Assembly: GCA_963662285.2 (NCBI GenBank) | Contig: CAXXMV010000006.1 | Location: 736,001-800,000 of the forward strand | Direction of reading: 5' to 3' | DNA length: 64,000 nt | From: a bacterium | Lineage (GTDB): Bacteria; Hinthialibacterota; Hinthialibacteria; Hinthialibacterales; Hinthialibacteraceae | Shown here: one piece after another, positions 39,633 through 50,833 of the stretch | How the letters are laid out: each line of letters starts with the position of its first letter | Position numbering within the stretch: the stretch's first letter is position 1 | Notes under the pieces: generated by a model | Database searches by the model: none | The model's input: only the letters and a program-made list of their open reading frames with translations | What the model was told of the DNA's origin: nothing | Program-made: the position numbers and the translations under genes

Positions 39633-41528
39633 ATGTTGGATACCCGTTATCTATACGATTTACATCCTACGGTTGCTGGACGCACAAAAGGTTGGCTGGA
39701 GCTGCTGCGCTATATCATTTTGTTTTGTGCGGGAGGTTTCGCTCTGGTCTTCGGTTCTTTGAATGCCTGGTCGCTTCCACCTATTGGTGAACTTCTGCCC
39801 AGCAATGAACAATTGGAGATGGTGGTTAATAAATCTTCTCTGGTTAAGTTGAACCAGCCGGTTAAGCGCGTATCTATTGTTGCGCCGGAAATTGCTGATG
39901 TGCAAATCATTGAAGCCAGGCAGATTCTACTGACCGCCCTGTCGGTTGGAGAAACAACCTTACTTATATGGATGGAAGATGGCGGACTGCGTACTATTGA
40001 CGTTATCGTGCGGATTAATACAAGGTCCATTGTTGAAGCTCTGGCATACACTTTGCCCGATGAAGCGATAGAAGTGGTTCCCATGAATGATGGAGTGGCT
40101 TTACAAGGTCAGGTTCATGGAATAAACCAGGCTGACCGGGCCATGAAAATCGCCAATACTTATAATTCCAATGTGGTTAACCTGCTGGAGTCTCCCGGAA
40201 TACAGCAGGTTATGTTGAAAGTTAGAATAGCTGAAGTTGCTAGAACGTTCCGGGAAGAGATCGGGATCAACTTTCAGGTTTTGGATAATTCATTTCAAGG
40301 TACTTCATTACTGGGGGGGCTGGTATCCGGCAATGTAAATCAACCCAATTTATCGGTCAGCGATGCAGTGACCATGTTTATGGGATTGCCTAACAGCAAC
40401 ATCAATGCTTTCGTCCAGGCTCTGGAAGAAAAAGGCATGCTTCACATATTGGCTGAACCAAACCTGGTGGCCAGGAGCGGCGAAACCGCCAGTTTTCTAG
40501 CAGGTGGAGAGTTCCCCGTACCGATTGTTCAAGGTGGAACCAGCAACGCTATTACAATTGATTATAAGGAATTTGGCGTTCGTTTGACGTTTACGCCGAC
40601 TGTAATGGAAGGCAATCAAATTCGTTTGGATATTGCTCCCGAAGTTAGTGATTTAGATTTTGCGCAAGGCGTCCGGATTAGCGGTTTTCTGGTACCAACC
40701 ATTATTACCCGCCGCGTGCAAACTGTAGTCTCGTTAAGGGATGGGCAGTCTTTTGCTATTGCCGGGTTGTTAAGTAAAAACAAACAAAAAAGCCGCCGCA
40801 AAGTTCCTGTAGTTGGAAGCATACCAGTCTTTGGCGGATTATTCCGCGGTGGGGATATTACCGAAAAAGAGACCGAACTGCTTATTATGGTTACTCCGCA
40901 TCTGGTTGCTCCTCTTGAAGGCGACGCAGCATATAAACTACCGGGAGATTCTCTTGAAAACGCTGAACCTAATCCATTTATTGAAGAAGATATTCCAACC
41001 ATCTATCCTCAGAACATAACAGAGGAAACCATAGACAAGCCTAAAGCATCATCGGGGAATAGAAGGGGCGCGTCATCAAAAGCATGGTTAAATAATAGAA
41101 ATGTCAGTAATGACGCTGCATTGATGGCGCCGGAATCTGCTGAAGAGATATCAGAAAATATCCAACCAATTCTTGTTCCGGAAATTATTTCGGAAGATTT
41201 ATCAGGCAATATAGGCAATCTTAAAAAGAAGAGCGCTTCGAAAAATCAAACTAAAGATACAACTCAGTCTGAGGTTTCTCAGAACAGTTTTATGAAGCCG
41301 GGTATGACGTCGGCGCCTGATTCATCTTATAAATCGTCTAATCATTTAGCGTCGGTCAATAATGTAGATAAATTTAAGTTAACCAACGCAATGCCAGTAC
41401 ATCAGAATAACCAAGTTGAAAAAATCGTTCGTCAACATATCTCAACGCCAGTCAAGGTTGCTCTTGCATCTACAACGTCTGATTGGAATCGAGAGGAAAA
41501 TTTTATTGCAATCAGTCAAACAGAATAG
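39633..41528 (+). CDS. cpaC: Tad secretin CpaC/RcpA with long low-complexity C-terminal tail
   Basis: QVMLKVRIAEV, LAEPNLVARSGETASFLAGGEFP, ETELLIMVTP; ATG 39633 after AAGGAG. Confidence 0.92.
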   Translation: MLDTRYLYDLHPTVAGRTKGWLELLRYIILFCAGGFALVFGSLNAWSLPPIGELLPSNEQLEMVVNKSSLVKLNQPVKRVSIVAPEIADVQIIEARQILLTALSVGETTLLIWMEDGGLRTIDVIVRINTRSIVEALAYTLPDEAIEVVPMNDGVALQGQVHGINQADRAMKIANTYNSNVVNLLESPGIQQVMLKVRIAEVARTFREEIGINFQVLDNSFQGTSLLGGLVSGNVNQPNLSVSDAVTMFMGLPNSNINAFVQALEEKGMLHILAEPNLVARSGETASFLAGGEFPVPIVQGGTSNAITIDYKEFGVRLTFTPTVMEGNQIRLDIAPEVSDLDFAQGVRISGFLVPTIITRRVQTVVSLRDGQSFAIAGLLSKNKQKSRRKVPVVGSIPVFGGLFRGGDITEKETELLIMVTPHLVAPLEGDAAYKLPGDSLENAEPNPFIEEDIPTIYPQNITEETIDKPKASSGNRRGASSKAWLNNRNVSNDAALMAPESAEEISENIQPILVPEIISEDLSGNIGNLKKKSASKNQTKDTTQSEVSQNSFMKPGMTSAPDSSYKSSNHLASVNNVDKFKLTNAMPVHQNNQVEKIVRQHISTPVKVALASTTSDWNREENFIAISQTE

Positions 41529-41538
41529 AGGAAAGATT

Positions 41539-42786
41539 ATGAAAAAGCATTTGCATTCACAAAACGGATCAGTCCTGATATTAGTGGCGGTGTCGATCAC
41601 ACTCTTTTGCATGATGCTGGCTTTTGCTATGGATTACGGTCTGATGGCGGCGTCGGTTAGTGAATTGCAATCCGCGGCGGATTCAGCGGCTTTGGCCAGT
41701 GCAGCCCAATTGGTTGATGAAGATATCATTACGGGCGCGGCTGACCAGACGGATGATATCGTCATGGCGCGTGATTATGCTGAACTCTTCGCCGGACAGA
41801 ATGTTGCGGCGAACCGGTTGTTGCTGCTCGACCGTAACGACCTTAATGCGACCAGTGGAGGCGTGGTGGTCGGATATATTGATAATCCTCTTGATTTAAA
41901 TAGTACGTTTGAAACGGCCAGCATTCCCATATATAACTCAGTGAAAGTTCGCACGGTTCTGACTCAACAACTCAATGGACCACTGGCGCTTTTTATGGGT
42001 GGAGTAAGCGGCGTCTCCGAACTGGAAATGGAGGCGGTTGCTACTGCGACCCTGGAGGACAGGATTTCTGGTTTTTCGCCAAGTGGAGGCCAAAACCTCA
42101 TGATGCTGCCTTTCGCCGCCTTCGCAGGTGATTGGAATGACATGATCGAAAACGGCGGCGGCGCTGATAACTTCCGGGTAGTGGATGGCGTTGTATCAAG
42201 CGGTTCTGACGGAATACCGGAACTGACCTTGTATCCTTATCGGTATGGCATCGCCATTCCGGGGATGAAAGGCAATGTGGGGACTATCTTTGTCTGCGAT
42301 TCATCCGGCGTTAATACAACAGCAGTAACCAACCAGATTTATTACGGCATGACCCAAGCCAATATTGCAGGCGCCAATGGTCTGGAACTGACGGATGATG
42401 GCAGCGGCTATTATTCGCAATGGCTGCCCGGCGAAAGTTGGATGTCCAGCAGCTGGCATTACGCTCTCCGCAACATAAAAGGAAAGCCTCGCATAATGCC
42501 TATTTATCAGAACGCTATCAATGGCAGTTCGCCTCCTGTAGCGATGATGGATGATCCTGTTTCACCTATATATGGAAAGGATCAACCGGAAATTTGTTGC
42601 GGCATATATCAACATTATGAGATCGAAGAATTCAAAGCGGTGATCGTAGTCGATTCGCAATGGCCTTATAGCGACTATGACAAGCGCTGGACGGTGCAGC
42701 CGTCGCAAGTAACGAGCAGCGCCGCCATAGTGAATCCCGACATGCCGCACTCTGGAATGGTTTATAGCCTATCGTTGACCAGGTAA
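41539..42786 (+). CDS. tadG: TadG-like pseudopilin/adhesin
   Basis: NGSVLILVA...AMDYG...ELQSAADSAALA; start ATG 41539. Confidence 0.8.
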   Translation: MKKHLHSQNGSVLILVAVSITLFCMMLAFAMDYGLMAASVSELQSAADSAALASAAQLVDEDIITGAADQTDDIVMARDYAELFAGQNVAANRLLLLDRNDLNATSGGVVVGYIDNPLDLNSTFETASIPIYNSVKVRTVLTQQLNGPLALFMGGVSGVSELEMEAVATATLEDRISGFSPSGGQNLMMLPFAAFAGDWNDMIENGGGADNFRVVDGVVSSGSDGIPELTLYPYRYGIAIPGMKGNVGTIFVCDSSGVNTTAVTNQIYYGMTQANIAGANGLELTDDGSGYYSQWLPGESWMSSSWHYALRNIKGKPRIMPIYQNAINGSSPPVAMMDDPVSPIYGKDQPEICCGIYQHYEIEEFKAVIVVDSQWPYSDYDKRWTVQPSQVTSSAAIVNPDMPHSGMVYSLSLTR

Positions 42787-42791
42787 GGATC

Positions 42792-43532
42792 ATGAAACGC
42801 ATCTCATTTTCCATATCAAGTTTGATGCTGGCAGTGGTTTTTCTGTTTCTGCTGGCGTCGGATAGAGCATCTCAAAAAGAGGATAATCCAAAACCGCAGC
42901 GCGTCGCTGCGGTTATTATTAATAATGATCCAACTGCATTGCATCGTGGAAATGTTAGTGCAGCAGTGCAGGCCTGCCGGAAATATCAATTCGATGAGAT
43001 TCATACTTTCGGTGACTTAAAACAAATGCCAACTCTTCTTCAAGTAACAAGTACATTGGATAAATTACAGCAAGACGGCGTCCGCATTGGTCTTTTATAT
43101 CTAACCGGTCATGGGATGCTCTACCGGAAAGTGGGAATCCCTCAAGGCGAGACCTGCCTTATGCTGCGGGATCGGCCTTTGAGGATAGAACATATCACAT
43201 CCCGCATAGGACAGGGGCCATGTGTTATTTACAGCGATATCTGTTTTTCCCCTGATCTATTGAACTGTTTAGAACAACGTTTGTCAGGTGATTTTTTACT
43301 ATTAACTGATAAACCAGTACAACATCCGCAATTGAGCTGCCGAGGGTATAGCGCGGCATTTTGGGAATCAATGCGCAACTTTGGGGAGGAAAACTCATTG
43401 CGGATTTCGGCTGAACTAGCGTGGCGCGATAACTGCTTACGCGGCCTGTGTAAATACATTGATACTGTGTTGGTTCGGGAGGAATCGCAGCAACAACTCA
43501 TGACTCAAAATCTGTATGGTGAGGAGGATTAG
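42792..43532 (+). CDS. Secreted or membrane-anchored caspase-fold (clan CD, C13/C14-like) peptidase candidate
   Basis: N-terminal hydrophobic segment; LLYLTGHG and VIYSDICFS His/Cys dyad motifs. Confidence 0.6.
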   Translation: MKRISFSISSLMLAVVFLFLLASDRASQKEDNPKPQRVAAVIINNDPTALHRGNVSAAVQACRKYQFDEIHTFGDLKQMPTLLQVTSTLDKLQQDGVRIGLLYLTGHGMLYRKVGIPQGETCLMLRDRPLRIEHITSRIGQGPCVIYSDICFSPDLLNCLEQRLSGDFLLLTDKPVQHPQLSCRGYSAAFWESMRNFGEENSLRISAELAWRDNCLRGLCKYIDTVLVREESQQQLMTQNLYGEED

Positions 43533-43536
43533 TATC

Positions 43537-44760
43537 ATGATTGGAAATTCATATAACAATTCCCCACCAATACGGGCTTTGGTTATCAATAAGGATCATG
43601 AAGAACTGGGTTATATTATAAAGGTTCTTCAGTCGACTGAGCGGGTGGAAATCTGCGGGGAAACTACTTCTTATACATTGGCGTTGTCTCAGGTAGAACG
43701 CAGTACGCCGGAATTCATCTTCTGCGGTATGAATGATAATCCAAAAGAGGCCTTGGCGTTCATCGGTAAGGCCAAAGAAAAACAGCCTGATATTAACATC
43801 GTTTGCATAGGTCTGGTGGAAGATTCCCAATTAATATTGCAATGTTTCCGCTTCGGAGCTGATGAGTATCTGGTACAGCCTTTACAAAAATCATCACTAT
43901 TAGAAACTTTCTCCCGCCTGGAAGCGCAACGTCCGGTTGCCGCTCCTCCGGTGAAATATCAAAAGTCAGGTAAAGTTATTGCCATCTGGGGCAGCCGGGG
44001 CGGTTGCGGAACTACTACTATAGCCGCCAACCTGGCTCATTCATTATCGCAATCAAAAAAAACATGCTTGATGGATTTACATGAAGCCCAAGGGGACATG
44101 GCGCTCTTTTTCGACTGTGAGCCGGATTATTCGTTGAAGGATATCTGGGGACGCGGCGACCGCATCGATGAATCGCTGGTGGATAGCATTACTATCAAAG
44201 ACGACAGCGGATTACATCTTCTGTTTCAACCAGCGGAACGCAGTTATATGCAATGGGATGATAATGAATATCAAAAAGTAATGAATATCCTGTTGGCGAA
44301 ATATGATTTCGTTATTCAGGATATCGGGCGCGATGAAGAGACTATCTGTCAGGTGTTGTCCTGCATTAATCAGATTTACCTGGTGGTTAATCAGGTTATT
44401 CCTTCGATCTATCTGGCCGCCAAGAAAGTCCGCTGGTTGGAAGATATCGGATTTGATTTGTCATGCGTCACCATCCTGGTTAATTCCTTCAATCCCGGCA
44501 GCGTCGTCAGTCGCAGTCAGATAGAGAAATCACTTGGCATTACCAACTGGCAGACCATACGTCATGACGAACGTACTGTGCTCTCGGCAATTAATCAGGG
44601 CGTTCCGGTAAGAAATATCTCTAAATGGAGCAAAGTAAGTAAAGATATCTCCCGTATGGCGCAGCAGGTTTTGAAAGCGCCTGAGACAAACTCACAACAG
44701 GAAATGGCGCAGGAAATTCAAACTCTTCCTTCGTTGCTGCCCAATAATGCCTGCACCTGA
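43537..44760 (+). CDS. cpaE: CpaE/TadZ (receiver-like + MinD-like ATPase)
   Basis: GADEYLVQP; GSRGGCGTTTIAANLA; AINQGVP. Confidence 0.88.
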   Translation: MIGNSYNNSPPIRALVINKDHEELGYIIKVLQSTERVEICGETTSYTLALSQVERSTPEFIFCGMNDNPKEALAFIGKAKEKQPDINIVCIGLVEDSQLILQCFRFGADEYLVQPLQKSSLLETFSRLEAQRPVAAPPVKYQKSGKVIAIWGSRGGCGTTTIAANLAHSLSQSKKTCLMDLHEAQGDMALFFDCEPDYSLKDIWGRGDRIDESLVDSITIKDDSGLHLLFQPAERSYMQWDDNEYQKVMNILLAKYDFVIQDIGRDEETICQVLSCINQIYLVVNQVIPSIYLAAKKVRWLEDIGFDLSCVTILVNSFNPGSVVSRSQIEKSLGITNWQTIRHDERTVLSAINQGVPVRNISKWSKVSKDISRMAQQVLKAPETNSQQEMAQEIQTLPSLLPNNACT

Positions 44761-44796
44761 GATACTCAGCATTGACAATGGTAATGGAGCTTTGAA

Positions 44797-46149
44797 ATGA
44801 ATCATTCTACTAATCTGGCTGCACGTGATTCAAAGGCTGGCGGCGGCGATGAAAGCCGCAACCGCACATATCAAGATATAAAATCGGCGGTTCACCGTCG
44901 TTTGATCGAACGTCTTGATCTGGGCCGTATACGCGATGACAACAAGGAAGACGTCAAGCGCCAGGTTAAGCCGGTTATTTTAGAATTGATCGCTAGCCAG
45001 GGAACTCCGCTAAGCGGAGGGGAGCGTTTTGCATTAGCCGAAGAAGTACTCGATGAAGTCTTCGGTTTCGGACCACTGGAAGCATTGCTGAGCGATACGG
45101 AAATCACGGATATTCTGGTTAATAACAGCCAGGAAATCTATGTAGAAAAAAAAGGCAAACTATTACGCAGCGACGTCAAATTCCGCGATGATCGTCACCT
45201 GCTGCAGATCATCGACCGCATTGTTTCCCGCGTAGGCCGCCGGGTGGATGAGAATTCGCCAATGGTCGACGCGCGTTTGCCGGATGGATCGCGGGTTAAC
45301 GCCATTATCCCCCCGCTGGCCTTAAAAGGCCCCTCCATGTCGATCCGGCGTTTTGGAGTGAATCCGGTTACATTAGAACAACTCATAGAATATAACTCCG
45401 TCATCCCCGAAATGGTGGAATTTCTTGAGGGAGCGGTTCGATCTAAACTTAATATTATAATCTCCGGCGGCACAGGATCAGGCAAGACCACTCTGCTTAA
45501 CGTGCTCTCTTCCTTCATTCCTTCTAACGAACGAATCATCACTATTGAAGATTCAGCCGAATTGATGCTGCAACAACCTCATGTAGTGCAGTTAGAAACC
45601 CGGCCTCCCAATATCGAAGGGAAGGGCTGCGTAACTCAAAGAGACTTATTGTTCAATACGCTCCGTATGCGTCCCGACCGGATCATTCTGGGTGAGGTGC
45701 GCGGCGCGGAAGCTCTGGATATGCTTCAGGCCATGAATACAGGGCATGAAGGATCGCTAACCACCATCCATGCCAATACGCCGCGCGATGCCATGAGCCG
45801 TATTGAGATGATGGTCACTATGAGCGGTTTGGAGATTCCCATTCGCTCGGTGCGTCAGCAAATCAGTTCGGCTATTGATCTGATCGTGCAAGCCAACCGT
45901 TTGATTGATGGCAAGCGCCGGATCATTTCGATCTCTGAGTTAGTCGGCATGGAAGGCGAAGTGATAACCATGCAGGAAATTTTTAAATTCGAGCAGGAAA
46001 ACGTAGATCAAAACGGTGATGTAATGGGATCATTTTCCGCTACAGGCGTAAGGCCTAAATGCCTTACGCGCTTGGAGACGGCGGGCGTGCGTCTTCCGCC
46101 GGATCTATTCCATCCCGGCGTCCGCATGAGAATCGGGGGCCAATCATGA
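44797..46149 (+). CDS. cpaF: Tad ATPase CpaF/TadA
   Basis: [37 protein letters not shown]. Confidence 0.97.
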   Translation: MNHSTNLAARDSKAGGGDESRNRTYQDIKSAVHRRLIERLDLGRIRDDNKEDVKRQVKPVILELIASQGTPLSGGERFALAEEVLDEVFGFGPLEALLSDTEITDILVNNSQEIYVEKKGKLLRSDVKFRDDRHLLQIIDRIVSRVGRRVDENSPMVDARLPDGSRVNAIIPPLALKGPSMSIRRFGVNPVTLEQLIEYNSVIPEMVEFLEGAVRSKLNIIISGGTGSGKTTLLNVLSSFIPSNERIITIEDSAELMLQQPHVVQLETRPPNIEGKGCVTQRDLLFNTLRMRPDRIILGEVRGAEALDMLQAMNTGHEGSLTTIHANTPRDAMSRIEMMVTMSGLEIPIRSVRQQISSAIDLIVQANRLIDGKRRIISISELVGMEGEVITMQEIFKFEQENVDQNGDVMGSFSATGVRPKCLTRLETAGVRLPPDLFHPGVRMRIGGQS

Positions 46150-47117
46150 GTCCAGAAATGCTTGCGGTGATTGTCTTTGTGGCCACTGCTTTTTTATTCG
46201 TGGGTCTTGGAGTCTTTCTGATCTCCTGTTTCGCCTCAGAGCGAACGGTGGTGGATAAAAGATTTAAAAAGTTATCCCATTCCATGGAAATGCCAGGATT
46301 TGAAGCACAAGCCATGAGTTATCTGAAAAAGGAGACTGATTGGCGCAAGTATTCTATATTCTCCGATTGTCCTCCTTTGTTGAATCTACCGGTTCTATTT
46401 GAACAGGCCGGAATGCGGATTGATGTAAGCCGATGGTTTATCATATCGCTTTGCGTTTCTGTAGTTGTGACTGTGATTGCTTTTATTATGGTTCATACAT
46501 TAATGATTACAGCGTTATCTGCAATAGGGACCTTTTTCTTTTCTTATCTACTGATAATTATCAAGCGGAAAAAGCGCATGTCTTCATTTGAAGCCTGCTT
46601 TTCGCAATCACTTGAGATTCTAGGCCGTTCTTTACGGGCCGGTCATCCATTAACCATGGGATTGCAGATGGTATCAACCGAAATGCCCGAACCGATCCGC
46701 ACCGAGTTTTCGCGGGTATTTTATGAACAACAGATGGGTTTGCCCTTCGATGAGTCTATGCGCCGTATGGCGCACCGGGTTCCATTGTTGGATGTGCGTT
46801 TTTTCGTGCTCTCAATTTTGATTCATCAACAGATCGGCGGCGACTTGTCTGAAGTGCTGGATAATCTATCCCGCGTGATACGCGACCGCTTCAAGGTTCT
46901 GGGACAAGTAAAAGCTCTCACCGCGGAAGGGCGCTTATCCGGTTGGGTTTTAAGCGCTTTGCCGATATTCGTTTTTCTGGTTATCAGTATGGTCAATCCT
47001 CCATATATCCAGACGCTTTTAGATTCAGAGTTGGGACGTAAAATGCTCTGGTTCGCTGCTGGCTCTCAGATTATCGGGATGCTATTGATTCAGAAAATTG
47101 CGAGGATCAAAGTATGA
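46146..47117 (+). CDS. tadB: TadB (T2SS F-family) inner membrane protein
   Basis: [27 protein letters not shown]; start ATG 46146. Confidence 0.92.
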   Translation: MSPEMLAVIVFVATAFLFVGLGVFLISCFASERTVVDKRFKKLSHSMEMPGFEAQAMSYLKKETDWRKYSIFSDCPPLLNLPVLFEQAGMRIDVSRWFIISLCVSVVVTVIAFIMVHTLMITALSAIGTFFFSYLLIIIKRKKRMSSFEACFSQSLEILGRSLRAGHPLTMGLQMVSTEMPEPIRTEFSRVFYEQQMGLPFDESMRRMAHRVPLLDVRFFVLSILIHQQIGGDLSEVLDNLSRVIRDRFKVLGQVKALTAEGRLSGWVLSALPIFVFLVISMVNPPYIQTLLDSELGRKMLWFAAGSQIIGMLLIQKIARIKV

Positions 47118-48040
47118 CTATCGAACCTATCTGGATAGGAATCTTAAGTTTCGCTTCGGTTTTCTTTCTGATCATCGGATTGGCCGCTGTGGCGCGTTTG
47201 ATTAAGCATCCAGTTGATAGCCGGTTGGAACGGTTGCATCCAGATACGCCCGCCGCCTCAGCTAATATGATGTATGCCGAAGTGAACCAACAGAGCATTG
47301 TCGCTAACCTTGGTCAACGAGTCGCTCCAAAAGATCCTTTTAAACGTTCCATGATCAAACTGCGCTTGGCCATGGCCGGCTATTACAGCGAAGCCTCATT
47401 ATACAATTATTGGGGAATAAAAATGGTCACAACTTTTATTCCGCCATTAGTAGTATTCATGTTTCTTACTATGCATCATTTACAAGCGGCATATACCGTT
47501 ATGCCTGTTATGGCTGCTATGGGCATTGGATTGCTGTTACCGGATTGTTTCCTCTATTTACGCAAACGCTCCCGTCAGGATGAGATATTTAAAGGCTTGC
47601 CTGATGCCCTGGACTTGTTGCTGGTCTGCGTTGAAGCGGGTTTGGGTTTGGATGCGGCGATGCAAAAAGTATGCGACGAACTGAGCCTGGGCTGCCGCAT
47701 CTTAAGCGAGGAACTGCAACTTACCTGCACCGCCATACGCTTTGGACAGGATCGAAACGAGGCGTTGCATGATCTGGGAGAGCGCACCGGAGTATTGGAT
47801 CTCAAATCATTAGTCGCGGTTTTGGTTCAGGCCGACCGCTTCGGAGTCAGTATCGGACAGGCGTTACGGGTTCACGCCGATGACATGCGCACCCGGCGCC
47901 GTCAACGCGCTGAAGAATTGGCCGCTAAAACAACCGTCAAACTTATCTTTCCGCTGGTTCTATTTATTTTCCCAGCCATCTTTGTGGTCCTGGGCGGCCC
48001 GGCGGTGATTCGCATCATGGAAAATTTCATGAACCGTTAG
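47114..48040 (+). CDS. tadC: TadC inner membrane protein
   Basis: LPDALDLLLVCVEAGLGLD, AEELAAK..VKLIFPLVLFIFP. Confidence 0.94.
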   Translation: MTIEPIWIGILSFASVFFLIIGLAAVARLIKHPVDSRLERLHPDTPAASANMMYAEVNQQSIVANLGQRVAPKDPFKRSMIKLRLAMAGYYSEASLYNYWGIKMVTTFIPPLVVFMFLTMHHLQAAYTVMPVMAAMGIGLLLPDCFLYLRKRSRQDEIFKGLPDALDLLLVCVEAGLGLDAAMQKVCDELSLGCRILSEELQLTCTAIRFGQDRNEALHDLGERTGVLDLKSLVAVLVQADRFGVSIGQALRVHADDMRTRRRQRAEELAAKTTVKLIFPLVLFIFPAIFVVLGGPAVIRIMENFMNR

Positions 48041-48261
48041 ATCGGTTGCCAAAAATTTATTATGAAAATCAACTTTAGTGATTGGAGTATGCTCCAAAAT
48101 GAAATATTTACTATTAGCAGCGATAATCGGAACTATTTGCGGCCTTCTTGGTAAGAAGCGCCAACGCCAACGGGTGATTCTCAATCGCATACATAAACAT
48201 ATAGACAGATGAATCACGCCAATAAGTCTATATATCAATCACTGATAAAGAGGATACGATC

Positions 48262-48852
48262 ATGAAACGTTACGCCATTCTAACAATGTCAATTATGTTT
48301 TTTAGCGCGTGTCAATCAGTAACCAATGACGCTTTGTTGCGTTCTTCTGATGATCCATTTGGCGCCACTGTCAAAGCGCCATTTGTTGCCATGGTTGAAA
48401 ATGCCCGGCAGCCTGATCCCATACTGGGACGGGTATATTTTGAATATGACAACGCTGAACTTACGAATATCGCCCGTCAACAATTGGAAGCCATCGCCAT
48501 GCAGATCGCCCGGCGGGGCGGCCAGGTAGTGATTGAAGGTCATGCCGATCACATGAACACTGATGCTTTCAACAAACGCCTGGGCTATCAACGCGCCCTG
48601 ACCGTCGCTCAATACTTACGTAGCGCAGGAGTCTGGGATGAACGAATAGTAGTACACAGTTTTGGTGAAACCCGACCGGCAACTACTAATTGGAAAGACC
48701 TGGGTCGAGCGCTCAACCGCTGCGCCGTGGTCTGGATGTTCCCCCAGGGCGAAGGCATATCGGCTGATGAAATGACTAAAGCCTACAAAAAAATGGTTTC
48801 ATCATCTCCGACTGAAACAGAACTAGCCAGTCCAATACTTGTCAGTGAATAG
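48262..48852 (+). CDS. OmpA-domain lipoprotein
   Basis: Lipobox FSAC; VYFEYD, EGHAD, N.RLG.QRA, SFGETRP, GRALNR. Confidence 0.88.
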   Translation: MKRYAILTMSIMFFSACQSVTNDALLRSSDDPFGATVKAPFVAMVENARQPDPILGRVYFEYDNAELTNIARQQLEAIAMQIARRGGQVVIEGHADHMNTDAFNKRLGYQRALTVAQYLRSAGVWDERIVVHSFGETRPATTNWKDLGRALNRCAVVWMFPQGEGISADEMTKAYKKMVSSSPTETELASPILVSE

Positions 48853-48859
48853 TAAAAAA

Positions 48860-49011
48860 TGTCTGAATCAGGATACCCTGGATTTTTCGGATACTCAGGA
48901 TTTTACATAAAAAGTTTTTGGTTTCTCATTGTTTATTCTGATTCTAAAGTGATTGATTATAGATTCACCCATCATGAGCATCCTATCATCCTGGCCATCC
49001 AGATTCAGACA
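48860..49011. mobile_element. MITE-like element with 15-bp imperfect terminal inverted repeats
   Basis: TGTCTGAATCAGGAT ... ATCCAGATTCAGACA; shorter sibling at 52909-52996. Confidence 0.55.
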
Positions 49012-49123
49012 AAAATAATTTAATAGAACTCAAATCCGTGTTGATACTATTTTCTCTTATTATTTTATATGATTGAACTTTCTCGAAATATTGCAGTCAT
49101 TTTAGTAACCATTGGAGCCAATC

Positions 49124-50452
49124 ATGCAAGAAAGCGCCGCCCAATTAATTGATATTAATTTAGCGTCAAATATTCCCGACGCTCCCGAAACCTTAGCGGA
49201 CGCTGGATTAACTGCTTCGTTTGTGCAAGACCTGATGATCAAGCATCTCTACCGCAGCGGAGTTTTAACCGGATGCGAACTGGCTACTCATATTCACCTG
49301 CCATATCTGCTTATCGAACCGATCCTCGAAGAGATTGTCGATATCGCTTATGCGGAAAAACGCGGCGGTCAGGGATTAGGCGCTTCGCTGGATCGTTTCG
49401 CTCTGACCGATCAGGGCAAATCTCAGGCGCGCGATCTGCTGCAAATGGATACCTACATCGGCGCCGCCCCGGTGCCAATTGAGCAGTACGCCGAATATGT
49501 CAAAAAACACGATCTCAACAGTCTGGATGTCAACGAACAACTGTTGCGTCAGGCGTGGCGGGATTTTATTTTAGACGATGAACTCTTCGCCCGGATCGGT
49601 CCGGCAATATGTTCGGGTAAATCATGCTTTTTGTATGGACCTCCGGGAACAGGGAAGACCACCATCGCTAGAGCCATCGCCCGGCTGCTGGATGAAATGG
49701 TGGGCTGGATCGCCATTCCTCATGCAGTAATAGTGGGCGACAGCCTGATCAGGATTTACGATCCGGTTTATCATAATCCGGTGATAGTTCATAAAGAGAA
49801 TGACGCATCAAGCCTATGGATGGATGACGCCGCGGGCGACCAACGCTGGGTAACATGTCACCGCCCCTGCGTCATGGTGGGCGGCGAATTGACGCTTGAT
49901 ATGCTCGACCTGCGTTACAACGCAACCGCCAAGTTTTATGAAGCGCCGCTGCAAGTCAAAGCCAACGGCGGCGTCTTCATTATTGATGACTTCGGTCGTC
50001 AACTAGTCCAACCCCGCGACCTGCTCAACCGCTGGATAGTCCCTCTGGAAGAGCGCATCGATTTCCTGACGCTTGATACAGGAAAGAAATTCACTGTTCC
50101 ATTTGAAGAACTGGTAGTCTTCGCCACCAACCTTGATCCCAAAGATTTAGCCGATGAAGCCTTCCTGCGCCGCATCCGTTACAAGATATACATTGGGGAA
50201 CCTTCAGTCGAAGCCTATAAAGCCATATTCCAGAAAGAATGCAGCAAAAAACAGTTGCAATATTCGGTTGAGTCTCTAGACGCTATAATTCAAAAATTTT
50301 ACATCCAAGCCAAACGCTCCCTGCGCGCCTGCGACCCACGCGATATAACCGACTGGATCGCGGATCACTGCAAATTCAACAACCAATCCCGCAACATCTC
50401 CGGCCAAACCCTCGATGAAATCTTCACTTCTTATATGCAGGAACTTAGATAA
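49124..50452 (+). CDS. AAA+ ATPase next to the Tad locus
   Basis: YGPPGTGKT, GGELTLDML, IIDDFGRQ, DEAFLRRI; ATG 49124 after GGAG. Confidence 0.85.
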   Translation: MQESAAQLIDINLASNIPDAPETLADAGLTASFVQDLMIKHLYRSGVLTGCELATHIHLPYLLIEPILEEIVDIAYAEKRGGQGLGASLDRFALTDQGKSQARDLLQMDTYIGAAPVPIEQYAEYVKKHDLNSLDVNEQLLRQAWRDFILDDELFARIGPAICSGKSCFLYGPPGTGKTTIARAIARLLDEMVGWIAIPHAVIVGDSLIRIYDPVYHNPVIVHKENDASSLWMDDAAGDQRWVTCHRPCVMVGGELTLDMLDLRYNATAKFYEAPLQVKANGGVFIIDDFGRQLVQPRDLLNRWIVPLEERIDFLTLDTGKKFTVPFEELVVFATNLDPKDLADEAFLRRIRYKIYIGEPSVEAYKAIFQKECSKKQLQYSVESLDAIIQKFYIQAKRSLRACDPRDITDWIADHCKFNNQSRNISGQTLDEIFTSYMQELR

Positions 50453-50551
50453 CAAACCCTATCGAGTAGCAAGGATATTCCGTACCAATCCATAAATTGA
50501 CCGCCTAATCAATTATAAAATTCAGATTAAGGCATAAATAAGAGTTCTTAG

Positions 50552-50593
50552 TTGACGCTTAGTTTTTGTTCCTGTTATAATGATTGTTATAAT
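50552..50593 (+). promoter_or_regulatory. TA promoter with repeated TGTTATAAT boxes (probable operator)
   Basis: TTGACG, 18 nt, TATAAT with extended -10 TG; TGTTATAAT occurs twice. Confidence 0.6.
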
Positions 50594-50608
50594 AAGGAGA
50601 AACTCGGA

Positions 50609-50833
50609 ATGTTAAAATCGAAAGTCACAAACGTGGGTAGTTCAACTGGCGTGGTTCTACCACAAGAAATACTCGCTAAACTCCATGTCGAACAAGGGGA
50701 TACCCTCTGTTTTATAGAGACGCCAGACGGATTTGAAATCACTCCCTACGATCCCGAATTCGAAGAAGAAATGGATGCAGCTCATAAAGTCATGCATAAA
50801 TATCGCAATGCTTTGCGTGAACTGGCTCAATGA
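50609..50833 (+). CDS. AbrB/MazE-family antitoxin
   Basis: KVTNVGSSTGVVLP...GDTL...YDPEFEEEM..A...M.KYRNALRELA. Confidence 0.88.
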   Translation: MLKSKVTNVGSSTGVVLPQEILAKLHVEQGDTLCFIETPDGFEITPYDPEFEEEMDAAHKVMHKYRNALRELAQ

